Below are positions 38,929 to 51,564 of a stretch of DNA of 64,000 nucleotides, piece after piece. The stretch's first letter is position 1; each line of letters opens with the position of its first letter. This DNA is from Alphaproteobacteria bacterium (GTDB lineage Bacteria > Pseudomonadota > Alphaproteobacteria > GCA-2731375), in the NCBI GenBank assembly GCA_965232515.1, contig CBDDPY010000002.1, positions 6,720,001 through 6,784,000 of the forward strand. The letters run 5' to 3'. A program made the translations under genes and the position numbers. A model generated the notes under the pieces. That model did no database searches. It saw only the letters and a program-made list of their open reading frames with translations, and was not told where the DNA came from.

Positions 38929-38994
38929 GTCGGCCGACCCAGAGTGTAGGGTGGAGCCGCGTCGGGTTGGAATCAGGTTGGACTGGCAGCAGGC

Positions 38995-39597
38995 GTGCGC
39001 GGGGGACAGGGGGACAACGATCGAGAATTGATCGACGGCCTGCGCGCCGGCAGTGAACGACATGCCGAGCAGCTGGTCCGCACTCATGCCGGCTGGATGC
39101 GGTCGCTGGTCCGGCGGATCCTGCGCGACGACGCCCTTGCCGACGACTGCGTGCAGGAAGCCTTTCTCAAGGCGTTCCGCAACATCGATGGCTTTGAGGG
39201 CCGATCGAGCCTGAAGACCTGGCTGCATCGCATCACCGTCAACGAAGCACTGATGAAGCTGCGGTCCTTGAAGCGCCTGGACGAACGGCCGATCGACGAC
39301 CTGCTGCCGGAATTCGATGCGAACGCCTGCCGCATCGAGATGCCGTGGACACGCCTGGCGACGACAGAAGAGATCGTCGAGCGCGAGAGCACGCGGGCGC
39401 TGGTGCTGTCAAAAATCGGTGAACTGCCGGACAGCTATCGTATCATTCTGCAATTGCGTGACATCGAAGAGCTGACGACGTCAGAGGTCGCTGAGATGTT
39501 GGGTATCAGCGAGGCCAACGTGAAGGTGCGCCTGCATCGGGCGCGGTCCGCGTTGAAGAATATCCTGGAACCGTTGCTGCGGGGAGAGGCGCTATGA
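38995..39597 (+). CDS. ECF sigma-70 factor
   Basis: DCVQEAFLKAF; FEGRSSLKTWLHRI; EVAEMLGISEANVKVRLHRAR. Confidence 0.93.
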   Translation: MRGGQGDNDRELIDGLRAGSERHAEQLVRTHAGWMRSLVRRILRDDALADDCVQEAFLKAFRNIDGFEGRSSLKTWLHRITVNEALMKLRSLKRLDERPIDDLLPEFDANACRIEMPWTRLATTEEIVERESTRALVLSKIGELPDSYRIILQLRDIEELTTSEVAEMLGISEANVKVRLHRARSALKNILEPLLRGEAL

Positions 39598-39905
39598 GCC
39601 GCGCGCGGCCGTTCAGCCTGTGGCGGTTGATGAAGGGCCTGATGCTTCGGCATATGCCGGCCATGATCACCTGCCAGGAGTTCGAGGACTTCATCCTCGA
39701 CTATCTGGAAGGTCAGTTGCCGGCAAGCCAACGCCGCGTCTTCGCGTTCCACCTGAAGATCTGCCGCGAATGCCGGGACTATCTGGCCGCGTACCGGCGC
39801 ACGGCCGAAGTCGGCAAGGCCGCGTTCGACGAACCGACCGCGCCCGTCCCCGACGACGTGCCGGAAGATCTGGTCAAGGCCATCCTCGACGCCCGCCGGG
39901 CCTGA
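39594..39905 (+). CDS. Soluble zinc-finger (ZAS, zf-HC2) anti-sigma factor
   Basis: ITC...DYLEGQL...HLKICREC (HxxxCxxC); ATGA overlap with the sigma gene. Confidence 0.9.
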   Translation: MSRARPFSLWRLMKGLMLRHMPAMITCQEFEDFILDYLEGQLPASQRRVFAFHLKICRECRDYLAAYRRTAEVGKAAFDEPTAPVPDDVPEDLVKAILDARRA

Positions 39906-39952
39906 CCGACCGCCGCGTCACTTGCGGATTGCGGTTCAACCAAGAGCAAGCC

Positions 39953-40456
39953 ATGACCGACGCCGCGCGTTTCAGGATCGTCCACTTGATGGAACGGCCG
40001 CAGGCCGCGGCAACGCTCGAGCGTTGGTTCATCGAAGAATGGACGCCTTGGTATGGCCCCGACGGGCAGGGCGATGCGGCAGCCGATCTTGCCGCCTGCG
40101 CCGCCCGGGACACGCTGCCGATCTGCCTCGTCGCAGTCGGCCGCGGTGGCGACGTGCTCGGCACGGCTGCCCTCAAGGCCGAGTCGGTCGGCAGCGACAG
40201 CGCGCCCGGCCCCTGGCTCGCGGCGCTCCTGGTGGGTCGACCGTATCGTGGACGCGGCGTTGCAACGGCGCTGGTGGCGTCGATCGCGGTCGAGGCGCGG
40301 CGACTGGGCTTTGACGCGATCTACACCTCGACCGACAGCGCGGCTGATATCATGCAACGCCAAGGCTGGCAGGCTTGCGGCGAAGCCGAGTCGCTCAGAG
40401 GGACGATCAGCGTATTTCGCCGCGATCTAGGTACTTGGTCGGCTTCCGGTGCTTGA
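39953..40456 (+). CDS. GNAT N-acetyltransferase
   Basis: PWLAALLV..YRGRGVATAL acetyl-CoA-binding motif. Confidence 0.88.
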   Translation: MTDAARFRIVHLMERPQAAATLERWFIEEWTPWYGPDGQGDAAADLAACAARDTLPICLVAVGRGGDVLGTAALKAESVGSDSAPGPWLAALLVGRPYRGRGVATALVASIAVEARRLGFDAIYTSTDSAADIMQRQGWQACGEAESLRGTISVFRRDLGTWSASGA

Positions 40457-40514
40457 ATCCGGTGGCGATGCTGTATCCTGTCGGCCCCATATCCAGGCAC
40501 AGACGAGGTAAGAG

Positions 40515-41147
40515 ATGGCAGAGATCGAGTACTTCTATTCCGCCCATTCGGCCTTTGCCTATCTCGGCTCGGCCCGGTTCATGGCGATCGCCGAGGCGGC
40601 CGGCCGCACAATCGTGCATCGGCCATACGATCTGCGCCAAGGAGTCGCCGAATGCGGCTCGGTACCGTTCGGCAAACGCACGCCGGCGCATATCGACTAT
40701 TTCTTCGGCCGCGAGATCGTGCGCTGGGGCGAAATCCGCGGCGCGGCGCTGATGGACGGCATGCCCACCCATCACATGAAGGACATGACCTTGCCGAACG
40801 CCGTGTTGATTGCGGCCATTCAACAGGGACTGAACGTTGATCGGCTGGCCCACGTGATGCTGGAGTCGCACTGGCGCGACGATGCCGATCTGGTCGACGA
40901 GCCGACGCTCTCGCGGCTCTGCCGGGAATGTGATATCGACCCGGCGCCGTTGCTCGAAGCCGCTGGTACGCCCGAGATCCTCGCCATCTATGCGGCGAAC
41001 ACCGAGGAAGCGATCGCCCGCTCGGTCTTCGGCTCGCCGACCTATTTCGTGGATGGCGACATGTTCTACGGTCAGGACCGGCTGGAGATGGTCGAGCGCG
41101 CCCTGCATCAGCCGTTTGCCGGAACCTGGCCGCCGGCGGCCGCCTGA
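40515..41147 (+). CDS. 2-hydroxychromene-2-carboxylate isomerase/GST-kappa (DsbA-like) protein
   Basis: YFYSAHSAFAYLG; VFGSPTYFVDGDMFYGQDRL. Confidence 0.88.
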   Translation: MAEIEYFYSAHSAFAYLGSARFMAIAEAAGRTIVHRPYDLRQGVAECGSVPFGKRTPAHIDYFFGREIVRWGEIRGAALMDGMPTHHMKDMTLPNAVLIAAIQQGLNVDRLAHVMLESHWRDDADLVDEPTLSRLCRECDIDPAPLLEAAGTPEILAIYAANTEEAIARSVFGSPTYFVDGDMFYGQDRLEMVERALHQPFAGTWPPAAA

Positions 41148-41310
41148 ACGGCACGCGCCAATTTTCTTTACGCGGCCTGGAGCGGGGCTGGTAGAATAGC
41201 GCTACCGGATGCCGCCCACCGGCAGGTGTGGCGGTTTCGTCCGGTGGAATTCGCCATCAAGAACAGATCCCATGCATGGGCCTCGATCCGAGTCGCCGGG
41301 CGGCGTCTCC

Positions 41311-42540
41311 ATGACGCCGCGACACGCCAGTTCTCCGGAGTCGGCATACGCCTGGTGGCGGCTGCTCGCTGCGGTGCTGATCAGCACGATCGGCGGCGTC
41401 GGCATGTGGTCGTCCGTCGTGGCCCTGCCGTCGGTGCAGGCTGAGTTCGACGCCGCGCGCGGCGATGCCGCGCTGCCCTACACGTTCACGATGATCGGTA
41501 TCGCCGTCGGCAGCGTCGTCATGGGCCGTGTCGCGGATCGTTTCGGCGTCGTGGTGCCGGTGATCGGCGCGGCCTTCGCCCTCTGCGTGGGCTATGTCGC
41601 GGCTGCGTTCGCGACCGACCTCTGGCAGTTCGCCATCGTGCATGGCCTGTTGATCGCGCTGTTCGGCAGCGCCGCCACCTTCGCGCCCCTGATCGCCGAT
41701 ACCTCGCATTGGTTCATCCGTCGGCGCGGTATCGCGGTCGCGATCTGCGCTTCCGGCAGCTATCTCGCCGGCGCTTTCTGGCCGCCGGTGATCCAGTCCG
41801 TCATCGACATCGTCGGTTGGCGACAGGCCCATATGGGCATTGGCATCTTCTGCGCCGTGACCATTCTGCCGCTGGCGCTGGCGTTGCGCCGACCGCCGCC
41901 GGTGCTGGCCGACGCGGCCGATTTGGCCGGCGGCAGCCGTCCGCGCGGCACGCCCGGCCTGCCGCCGGCGGTGCTGCAAGCGCTTCTGGTGGTCGCCGGC
42001 GTCGCCTGCTGCGTCGCCATGTCGATGCCGCAGGTGCATATCGTCGCCTACTGCGTTGACCTCGGCTATGGCGCGGCGCGCGGCGCCGAAATGCTGTCCC
42101 TGATGTTGGGCTTCGGCATCGTCAGCCGCCTGGCGTCCGGCTGGATCGCCGATCGTATCGGCGGTCTGCCGACCCTGTTGCTGGGCTCGGTGCTGCAGGC
42201 GACGGCGTTGATCCTCTACCTGCCGTTCGACGGCCTGTATGCGCTCTACATGGTGGCGGCGCTGTTCGGGCTGTTCCAGGGTGGCATCGTGCCGAGCTAC
42301 GCCATTGTCGTGCGGGAGTATTTCCCGGCGTCGGAAGCCGGCGCCCGCGTCGGACTGGTCTTGACCGCGACGGTTGTCGGCATGGCCTTCGGCGGCTGGA
42401 TGACCGGCGCGATCTTCGATCTGACCGGCAGCTACCGGACCGCCTTCCTGAACGGTATCGCCTGGAACGTCCTCAACATGGCGATCGCCACCTGGCTACT
42501 GTTCCGCACGCTGCGGCCGCGGGCGTCGATGGCGCTTTGA
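41311..42540 (+). CDS. MFS transporter
   Basis: GRVADRFG and GWIADRIG motif A; WF.RRRG.A; ~12 TM. Confidence 0.9.
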   Translation: MTPRHASSPESAYAWWRLLAAVLISTIGGVGMWSSVVALPSVQAEFDAARGDAALPYTFTMIGIAVGSVVMGRVADRFGVVVPVIGAAFALCVGYVAAAFATDLWQFAIVHGLLIALFGSAATFAPLIADTSHWFIRRRGIAVAICASGSYLAGAFWPPVIQSVIDIVGWRQAHMGIGIFCAVTILPLALALRRPPPVLADAADLAGGSRPRGTPGLPPAVLQALLVVAGVACCVAMSMPQVHIVAYCVDLGYGAARGAEMLSLMLGFGIVSRLASGWIADRIGGLPTLLLGSVLQATALILYLPFDGLYALYMVAALFGLFQGGIVPSYAIVVREYFPASEAGARVGLVLTATVVGMAFGGWMTGAIFDLTGSYRTAFLNGIAWNVLNMAIATWLLFRTLRPRASMAL

Positions 42541-42579
42541 GATGCCGGCGGCTGCGATGGTTGCGAGGCGTATTCTCTG

Positions 42580-43152
42580 TCAGGGCATGTCCTGCGTGCC
42601 GAAGGCAGTGCAGATAAGCAGGCGGTCGACCTGCTCGCCATCGGTCGACAGCGGCATATCGAGGCTTTCGGTTCGCAGATAGGTCTTGTTGACAAAATGG
42701 GCGGTGCCCAGATTGCGGAGGGGCCGTCGGTTTTCAATCACCCAGGACGGTCCCAGACTGAGCTCGTGCATCGCGCGGCTGTCGTAGATTTCGTCCCAAT
42801 ACCGCCCGGTGCTGTCACGGCCCAGGGTTTCGGTGATGTAGGTGCCGATCAGCCGCCACCGATATCGACGTCTGGGCTGATATTCGATATCCAGAAGCAA
42901 GATATGCGGCAGCAATCGGACGGGAAATTTGAGTGGATCGATATCGGTCGGGGCCGGCATCGGCCGTTTGCCCCTCAAGTCGTTCCAGACCTTCAGCCCG
43001 TCGTGCAGAAGCGGATGCTGAATATTCAGGTCGGGATCGAGCTCGTATTCGATGGTGCCGAAGAAAGAACTCTGGCCGACAGATTGATCGCCGGGATTCA
43101 TGAAATTCCAATTCAGGTCCGTCACGGCGGCGGTGGCAGCGACGGTGTGCAC
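42580..43152 (-). CDS. Stand-alone PAS-like (PAS_5-type) protein
   Basis: W..LRG...P...DIDP; YRWRLIGT; GRDSTGR; E.LDMPLS.DG; start uncertain. Confidence 0.75.
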   Translation of the reverse strand: MHTVAATAAVTDLNWNFMNPGDQSVGQSSFFGTIEYELDPDLNIQHPLLHDGLKVWNDLRGKRPMPAPTDIDPLKFPVRLLPHILLLDIEYQPRRRYRWRLIGTYITETLGRDSTGRYWDEIYDSRAMHELSLGPSWVIENRRPLRNLGTAHFVNKTYLRTESLDMPLSTDGEQVDRLLICTAFGTQDMP

Positions 43153-43431
43153 TTAGTGTAATCGGAACTCGCCGTCGATCGCACGGAATTCGCTGGGCTT
43201 GATCAATTCGGCGGTGGCGAGCTTTACGGAATGCAGCCGGCCGTCGAGATTGGCTTCCCAGAAATCCAGGAACCTGGTCAGCACCGGATATTTCGGCGCC
43301 ACGTCATAGTCCTGCCAGATATAGGATTGCAGCAGGCTCGGATGGTCTGGCAGATGGTAGAGGATTTCGGCTGTCGCCAGACGATAGCCCATGAGCTGCA
43401 GTTCGATGGCCGTCGAGCTTGTCACGGTCAT
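43153..43431 (-). CDS. usg: Usg-family protein
   Basis: GYRLATAEILYHLPDHPSLLQSYIWQDYD.AP.YP.L..FLDFW...LDGRLHSV; GAGGAGG RBS; divergent from groES. Confidence 0.9.
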   Translation of the reverse strand: MTVTSSTAIELQLMGYRLATAEILYHLPDHPSLLQSYIWQDYDVAPKYPVLTRFLDFWEANLDGRLHSVKLATAELIKPSEFRAIDGEFRLH

Positions 43432-43534
43432 GTTCACTACCCTCCTCTGAACGCGCCACATGGCCAAAAGTTTGGCCCATGCGTGGCCCGATCCTCAACC
43501 AGAATAGAGTGGGAAGGTTAATAAAATCAGTCTG

Positions 43535-43561
43535 TTAGCAGCACTCGTCGCCGGCTGCCAA
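43535..43561. promoter_or_regulatory. Degenerate CIRCE-geometry palindrome on the usg side
   Basis: TTAGCAGCA-N9-GGCTGCCAA. Confidence 0.5.
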
Positions 43562-43578
43562 TTTTCTCCGGTCCGGCG

Positions 43579-43607
43579 CTTGACAGGAATATGCAGCCCC
43601 CATATAT
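43579..43607 (+). promoter_or_regulatory. RpoH (sigma32)-type promoter of groESL
   Basis: CTTGAC-N13-CCCCATAT. Confidence 0.75.
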
Positions 43608-43620
43608 CCGTCGCCGTAGA

Positions 43621-43647
43621 CTGGCACTGTCTTTGTTAGAGTGCCAG
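43621..43647. promoter_or_regulatory. CIRCE element (HrcA operator)
   Basis: CTGGCACTG-N9-GAGTGCCAG versus consensus TTAGCACTC-N9-GAGTGCTAA, upstream of groES. Confidence 0.8.
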
Positions 43648-43708
43648 GCCGCGTTTCCCCATATTTCAGCGCGCGGAATGGCCGTGCGCGAGACAGGAGG
43701 TTCAGCTG

Positions 43709-44026
43709 ATGAAATTCAGGCCGTTGCACGACCGGGTCGTAGTTCGCCGCGTCGAGGAAGACGAGCGGACGGCCGGCGGCATTATCGTCCCCGACACCGC
43801 AAAAGAAAAGCCGATGCAGGGCGAGGTTGTTTCCGTCGGCCCCGGCGCCCGTAACGAGAAGGGCGAGATCGTGGCGTTGGATGTCAAGGCCGGCGACCGT
43901 GTGCTGTTCGGCAAGTGGTCGGGCACCGAGGTCAAGATGGACGGCGAAGAGCTGTTGATCATGAAGGAATCCGATGTGATGGCCATTATCGAGGTCAAGA
44001 AGGCCTCGAAGAAGAAGGCCGCCTAG
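43709..44026 (+). CDS. groES: Co-chaperonin GroES
   Basis: [14 protein letters not shown]; [13 protein letters not shown]; LLIMKESD. Confidence 0.98.
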   Translation: MKFRPLHDRVVVRRVEEDERTAGGIIVPDTAKEKPMQGEVVSVGPGARNEKGEIVALDVKAGDRVLFGKWSGTEVKMDGEELLIMKESDVMAIIEVKKASKKKAA

Positions 44027-45676
<1,650 letters not shown>

Positions 45677-45699
45677 TCCATCCCGGACAGATCATCTAC

Positions 45700-45733
45700 A
45701 AAGGGCCGCGCCCCCGCGCGGCCCTTTTTCTTT
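45700..45733 (+). terminator. Rho-independent terminator after groEL
   Basis: AAAGGGCCGCGC-CCCC-GCGCGGCCCTTTTTCTTT. Confidence 0.88.
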
Positions 45734-45742
45734 GGGTCATAA

Positions 45743-45771
45743 CGGTCATGAAACGATCACGGCGACGTCAC
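45743..45771 (+). promoter_or_regulatory. Pho box (three 11-bp-spaced half sites) upstream of phoD
   Basis: CGGTCAT-GAAA-CGATCAC-GGCG-ACGTCAC versus CTGTCAT-N4 repeats. Confidence 0.65.
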
Positions 45772-45838
45772 GCGGGTGCAATTTGCGATGGTTAACGCTT
45801 GCGTCCTGGGACAAGCTTTAACGCAGGGGGCAACCGAT

Positions 45839-47425
45839 ATGCCAAATCAGCGAACCAGGTTACATGTCAGCCGCCGGAAGCTGTTGGGCGGCGCGGCCGC
45901 AACGGCAGGTCTTGTCGGCAGCGGCCTGATCGGCATGCCGGCGATCGCGCGGGCCGGGCGGCCGGTGATTACGCACGGCGTGCAGACCGGCGACGTCACG
46001 CAGTCGCGGGCGATCATCTGGTCGCGGGCCGACCGGCCGTCGCGCATGATCGTCGAGGTCGCGGCCACCGAATCGTTCAACAATCCGCGCCGCATCGTCG
46101 GGCCGGCGGCGTTGGAGGCGTCCGACTTCGCCACAAAGATCGACCTGACCGGCCTGCCGGCGGGCGAGGACGTGTTCTATCGGGTGAGCTACCAGAACCT
46201 GAGCGATCTCGCGGCGACGAGCGAGCCGGTGGTCGGCCGGCTGCGCACGGCGCCGGGGGACCGGCGCGACATCAATTTCGTCTGGACCGGCGACACGGCC
46301 GGGCAGGGCTGGGGCATCGACGAAGCCTGGGGCGGGATGAAAGGTTACGCGACCATGCGCGGCCAACACCCTGATTTCTTTATTCATTCCGGCGATACGA
46401 TTTATGCCGACAATCCGATTGAGGCGGAAGTCCAGATGCCCGACGGCGGCGTCTGGAAGAACGTGATTATCGAGGAAAAGGCCAAGGTCGCCGAGACGCT
46501 GCACGAGTTCCGCGGCAACTACAAATACAACCTGCTGGACGAACACGTGCGCGCCTTCAACGCCGAGGTGCCGTTCTATGCGCAGTGGGACGACCACGAG
46601 ACGGTCAACAACTGGTATCCGAACGAAATCCTGAACGACGACCGCTATCAGGTTAAGAACGTTGCGCTTTTGGCCGCGCGTGCGAACCGGGCGTTCCACG
46701 AGTTCATGCCCACGCGGCAGTTCGCGCACGACCGCGAGCGGATCTACCGCAAGATCCACTACGGGCCGCTGCTGGACATCTTCTTCCTGGATATGCGCAG
46801 CTACCGCGGCGACAACGGGCCGAACAACCAGGCGACGCCCGGCCCGGAGACGGCGTTCCTGGGCGCGGAACAGATCCGCTGGCTGAAGCGGGAACTGCTG
46901 GCGAGTCGGGCGACCTGGAAGGTGATCGCGTCCGACATGCCGCTTGGCCTGATCGTCTACGACAATTGGCGTGAGAAGAACACATTCGAAAACGGCGCCA
47001 ACGGCGACGGCCCGGTGCGCGGCCGCGAGCACGAAATTGCCGACTTGCTGCGCTTTATGATGCACAACGATGTGCACAATATCGTCTTTTTGACAGCCGA
47101 CGTGCACTATACTGCAGCTCACTATTACGACCCGGCGAAAGCCCAGTTCGGCGACTTCATGCCGTTCTGGGAATTCGTTTCGGGACCGATCCATGCCGGC
47201 TCGTTCGGGCCGGGCGACATGGACAACACCTTCGGGCCGCAGGTGATGTATCAGAAGTCGCCGGAGGGTAAACCGAACCTGCCGCCGTCGGACGGGCTGC
47301 AGTTTTTCGGAAAGGTCCGCATCGACGGACAGTCGGGCGTGATGACGGTCGGACTGAAGGACATCGCCGACGAGGTACTCTACAGCGTCGACCTGACGCC
47401 GAAGACCGGCGCGTCACCGGCCTAG
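45839..47425 (+). CDS. phoD: Alkaline phosphatase D, Tat-exported
   Basis: SRRKLL; GVQTGDV; HSGDTIYAD; WDDHE; LDMRSYR; TADVHY. Confidence 0.95.
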   Translation: MPNQRTRLHVSRRKLLGGAAATAGLVGSGLIGMPAIARAGRPVITHGVQTGDVTQSRAIIWSRADRPSRMIVEVAATESFNNPRRIVGPAALEASDFATKIDLTGLPAGEDVFYRVSYQNLSDLAATSEPVVGRLRTAPGDRRDINFVWTGDTAGQGWGIDEAWGGMKGYATMRGQHPDFFIHSGDTIYADNPIEAEVQMPDGGVWKNVIIEEKAKVAETLHEFRGNYKYNLLDEHVRAFNAEVPFYAQWDDHETVNNWYPNEILNDDRYQVKNVALLAARANRAFHEFMPTRQFAHDRERIYRKIHYGPLLDIFFLDMRSYRGDNGPNNQATPGPETAFLGAEQIRWLKRELLASRATWKVIASDMPLGLIVYDNWREKNTFENGANGDGPVRGREHEIADLLRFMMHNDVHNIVFLTADVHYTAAHYYDPAKAQFGDFMPFWEFVSGPIHAGSFGPGDMDNTFGPQVMYQKSPEGKPNLPPSDGLQFFGKVRIDGQSGVMTVGLKDIADEVLYSVDLTPKTGASPA

Positions 47426-47544
47426 ACGCCGATACCGGCTTGGCATTATGACTCCATGACGGGGTGGCCGTTGGCCGTCCCGCATGGGGCCATACTGCCG
47501 GCCACGCCGAACAGGGCGGCGGGCCGCCAAGAAGCGGGACTTGC

Positions 47545-49128
<1,584 letters not shown>

Positions 49129-49160
49129 CATGTTGCAGAAAAGGAGCGCGACACCGACGA

Positions 49161-49474
49161 CCATCCTTCGAGACGCGTCCCTTCGGGCCGCTCCTCAGGA
49201 TGAGGAAGCTCTTGATTGCGAGGCGCTGTTCTCATGCCCGGAGCAAGGCACCCCCACGTCGTCATTGCCGGACTTGATCCGGCAATCCAGGCAGCACTTG
49301 CCCCACGCGTCCTTCTGGATCACCGGGTCAGGCCCGGTGATGACAAGGGAGGGGTGGCCGACCGATGGAATTCGAACAACACGTTTTGAGTCGGACACTC
49401 AGGACGAGGGGGCTCTTGTCTGCAACGGGTGGTCCTCATGCTGAGGAGCGGCGGAGCCGCGTCTCGAAGCATGG
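49161..49474. repeat. Nested palindromic-repeat mosaic (BIME-like) inside the ABC operon
   Basis: Outer inverted pair CCATCCTTCGAGACGCG..GCTCCTCAGGATGAGG (49161-49205) and CCTCATGCTGAGGAGC..CGCGTCTCGAAGCATGG (49434-49474); inner REP-like pair at 49261-49290 and 49315-49344. Confidence 0.82.
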
Positions 49475-49492
49475 CTGCCCCGGGGCGTGGCC

Positions 49493-50584
49493 ATGTTGCC
49501 TAGGCTGGAAGCGCGGGGGGCGGCCTCGCAGGTTTGGGTGTATCTGACGCCGCTGCTGGCGGTGGGGCTGACGCTCGTCGCGGGGTTCGTGTTGTTCCTG
49601 GCGCTCGGCTTCGATGCCGCAAATGCGCTCTACATCTTTTTCGTGAAGCCCGTCAGCAGCGCCTATGGCGTCGGCGAGCTGCTGGTGAAGGCGGCGCCGC
49701 TCTGCCTCTGCGCGGTCGGGCTCGCGATCGGCTTCCGGGCGAACGTCTGGAACATCGGCGCCGACGGGCAGTTGACGCTGGGCGCGATCTGCGGCGGCGG
49801 GCTGGCGCTCGCCTTCTACGGCAACGAGGGGTTCTGGCTGCTGCCGCTGATGGTGGTCGGCGGCGTGCTGGGCGGCATGGCCTGGGCAGCGATCCCGGCG
49901 TTTTTGCGCACGCGCTACAACGCCAACGAGATCCTGGTCAGCCTGATGCTGACCTACGTGGCGACGCTGTTCCTGAGCTATCTGGTGCATGGGCCCTGGC
50001 GCTCGCCGGAGGGCTACAACTTCCCGGAAAGCCGGCTTTTCAACGACCCCGCCATCCTGCCGATCCTGTGGTCGGGCACGCGCGCGCATCTGGGCGTGCT
50101 GTTCGCGCTGCTGGCCGTGATCGCCGGCTGGATCCTGCTTGCGCGCACGTTCGTCGGCTTCCAGATCAAGGTCGTCGGCCTGACGCCGGCCGCGGCCGGC
50201 TACGCCGGTTTCAGCCAGAAGCGGCTGATCTGGTTCTCGCTGCTGTTGAGCGGCGGGCTCGCGGGCCTCGCCGGCCTGGGCGAGGTGGCGGGGCCGATCG
50301 GCCAGCTCTTGCCGTCGGTGTCGCCGGGCTACGGCTTCACCGCCATCATCGTCGCCTTCCTCGGCCGCCTGCATCCCGTCGGCATCTTGCTGGCTTCGTT
50401 GTTGATGGCCTTGTCGTACTTGGGCGGCGAGGCGGTGCAGATCGAGGTCGGCCTGCCGCTCGCCGTCACCGGCGTGTTCCAGGGCATGCTGCTGTTCTTC
50501 CTGCTGGCCTGCGACGTGCTGATTCGATATCGCGTGCGCTTCGGCGCGCCGGCCGCCGTCACGGCGCAGAGGCCCGCTCACTGA
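49493..50584 (+). CDS. Nucleoside ABC permease 1
   Basis: WNIGADGQ; NEILVSLML; GYGFTAIIVAFLGRLHP. Confidence 0.92.
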   Translation: MLPRLEARGAASQVWVYLTPLLAVGLTLVAGFVLFLALGFDAANALYIFFVKPVSSAYGVGELLVKAAPLCLCAVGLAIGFRANVWNIGADGQLTLGAICGGGLALAFYGNEGFWLLPLMVVGGVLGGMAWAAIPAFLRTRYNANEILVSLMLTYVATLFLSYLVHGPWRSPEGYNFPESRLFNDPAILPILWSGTRAHLGVLFALLAVIAGWILLARTFVGFQIKVVGLTPAAAGYAGFSQKRLIWFSLLLSGGLAGLAGLGEVAGPIGQLLPSVSPGYGFTAIIVAFLGRLHPVGILLASLLMALSYLGGEAVQIEVGLPLAVTGVFQGMLLFFLLACDVLIRYRVRFGAPAAVTAQRPAH

Positions 50585-51513
50585 TGGGCGGGCTCGACAC
50601 CACGGCGGCCGTGCTGATTACCGTGGTCGGTGCGGCGACGCCGTTGCTGTTCGCGGCCTTGGGCGAGCTGGTGACCGAGAAGTCGGGCGTTTTGAACCTG
50701 GGCGTCGAGGGCATGATGCTGGTCGGCGCCGTCGCCGGCTTCGCCACCGCCATCGGCAGCGGCAGCATTGTGCTGGCGATCGTCGTCGCCGCGCTCGCCG
50801 GGGCCGGCATGGCGCTGCTGTTCGGTGTTTTGACGCTGACGCTGCTGGCGAACCAGGTGGCGACCGGGCTGGCGCTGACCATGTTCGGCATCGGCTTGAG
50901 CTCGCTGATCGGCCAGGACTTCGTCGGCACGCCGCTGCCGGGTCTCGACAAGCTCTACATTCCCGGCCTGACCGATCTGCCGGTGATCGGCCCGCTGCTG
51001 TTCGGGCAGGACGCGCTGGTCTATCTGTCGTTCGCGGCCGTGCTGGGCGTGAGCTGGTTCCTCTACCGCTCGCGGGGCGGGCTGGTGCTCAGGGCGGTAG
51101 GCGAGAACCACGACGCGGCGCACGCCATCGGCTATCCCGTCGTGCGCATCCGCTATCTCGCAGTGCTGTTCGGCGGCGCCATGAGCGGGCTTGCCGGCGG
51201 GTACCTGTCCTTGGCCTATACGCCGATGTGGGCCGAGAACATGACCGCCGGCCGCGGCTGGATCGCGCTGGCGCTGGTGGTGTTCGCGACCTGGAAGCCG
51301 GGCCGGGTGCTGCTGGGCGCCTATCTGTTCGGCGGTGTCACCATCCTGCAGCTCCACGTCCAGGGCTTCGGCATCGCCGCGCCGTCGCAGCTGTTGTCGA
51401 TGCTGCCGTATGTGGCGACGATCCTGGTGCTGGTGCTGATATCGCGCGATAGTATCCGTATCCGGTTGAACGCGCCGGCGGCGATCGGCAAGGTGTTCCA
51501 TCCCGACGCCTGA
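50584..51513 (+). CDS. Nucleoside ABC permease 2
   Basis: TPLLFAALGE..EKSGVLNLGVEGMM; AGRGWIALALVVF; MLPY. Confidence 0.92.
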   Translation: MGGLDTTAAVLITVVGAATPLLFAALGELVTEKSGVLNLGVEGMMLVGAVAGFATAIGSGSIVLAIVVAALAGAGMALLFGVLTLTLLANQVATGLALTMFGIGLSSLIGQDFVGTPLPGLDKLYIPGLTDLPVIGPLLFGQDALVYLSFAAVLGVSWFLYRSRGGLVLRAVGENHDAAHAIGYPVVRIRYLAVLFGGAMSGLAGGYLSLAYTPMWAENMTAGRGWIALALVVFATWKPGRVLLGAYLFGGVTILQLHVQGFGIAAPSQLLSMLPYVATILVLVLISRDSIRIRLNAPAAIGKVFHPDA

Positions 51514-51564
51514 CCGGCGTCGATCGATTCAAACAACGAGTGAAGTTGGCAAGGAGGCTTTGAT

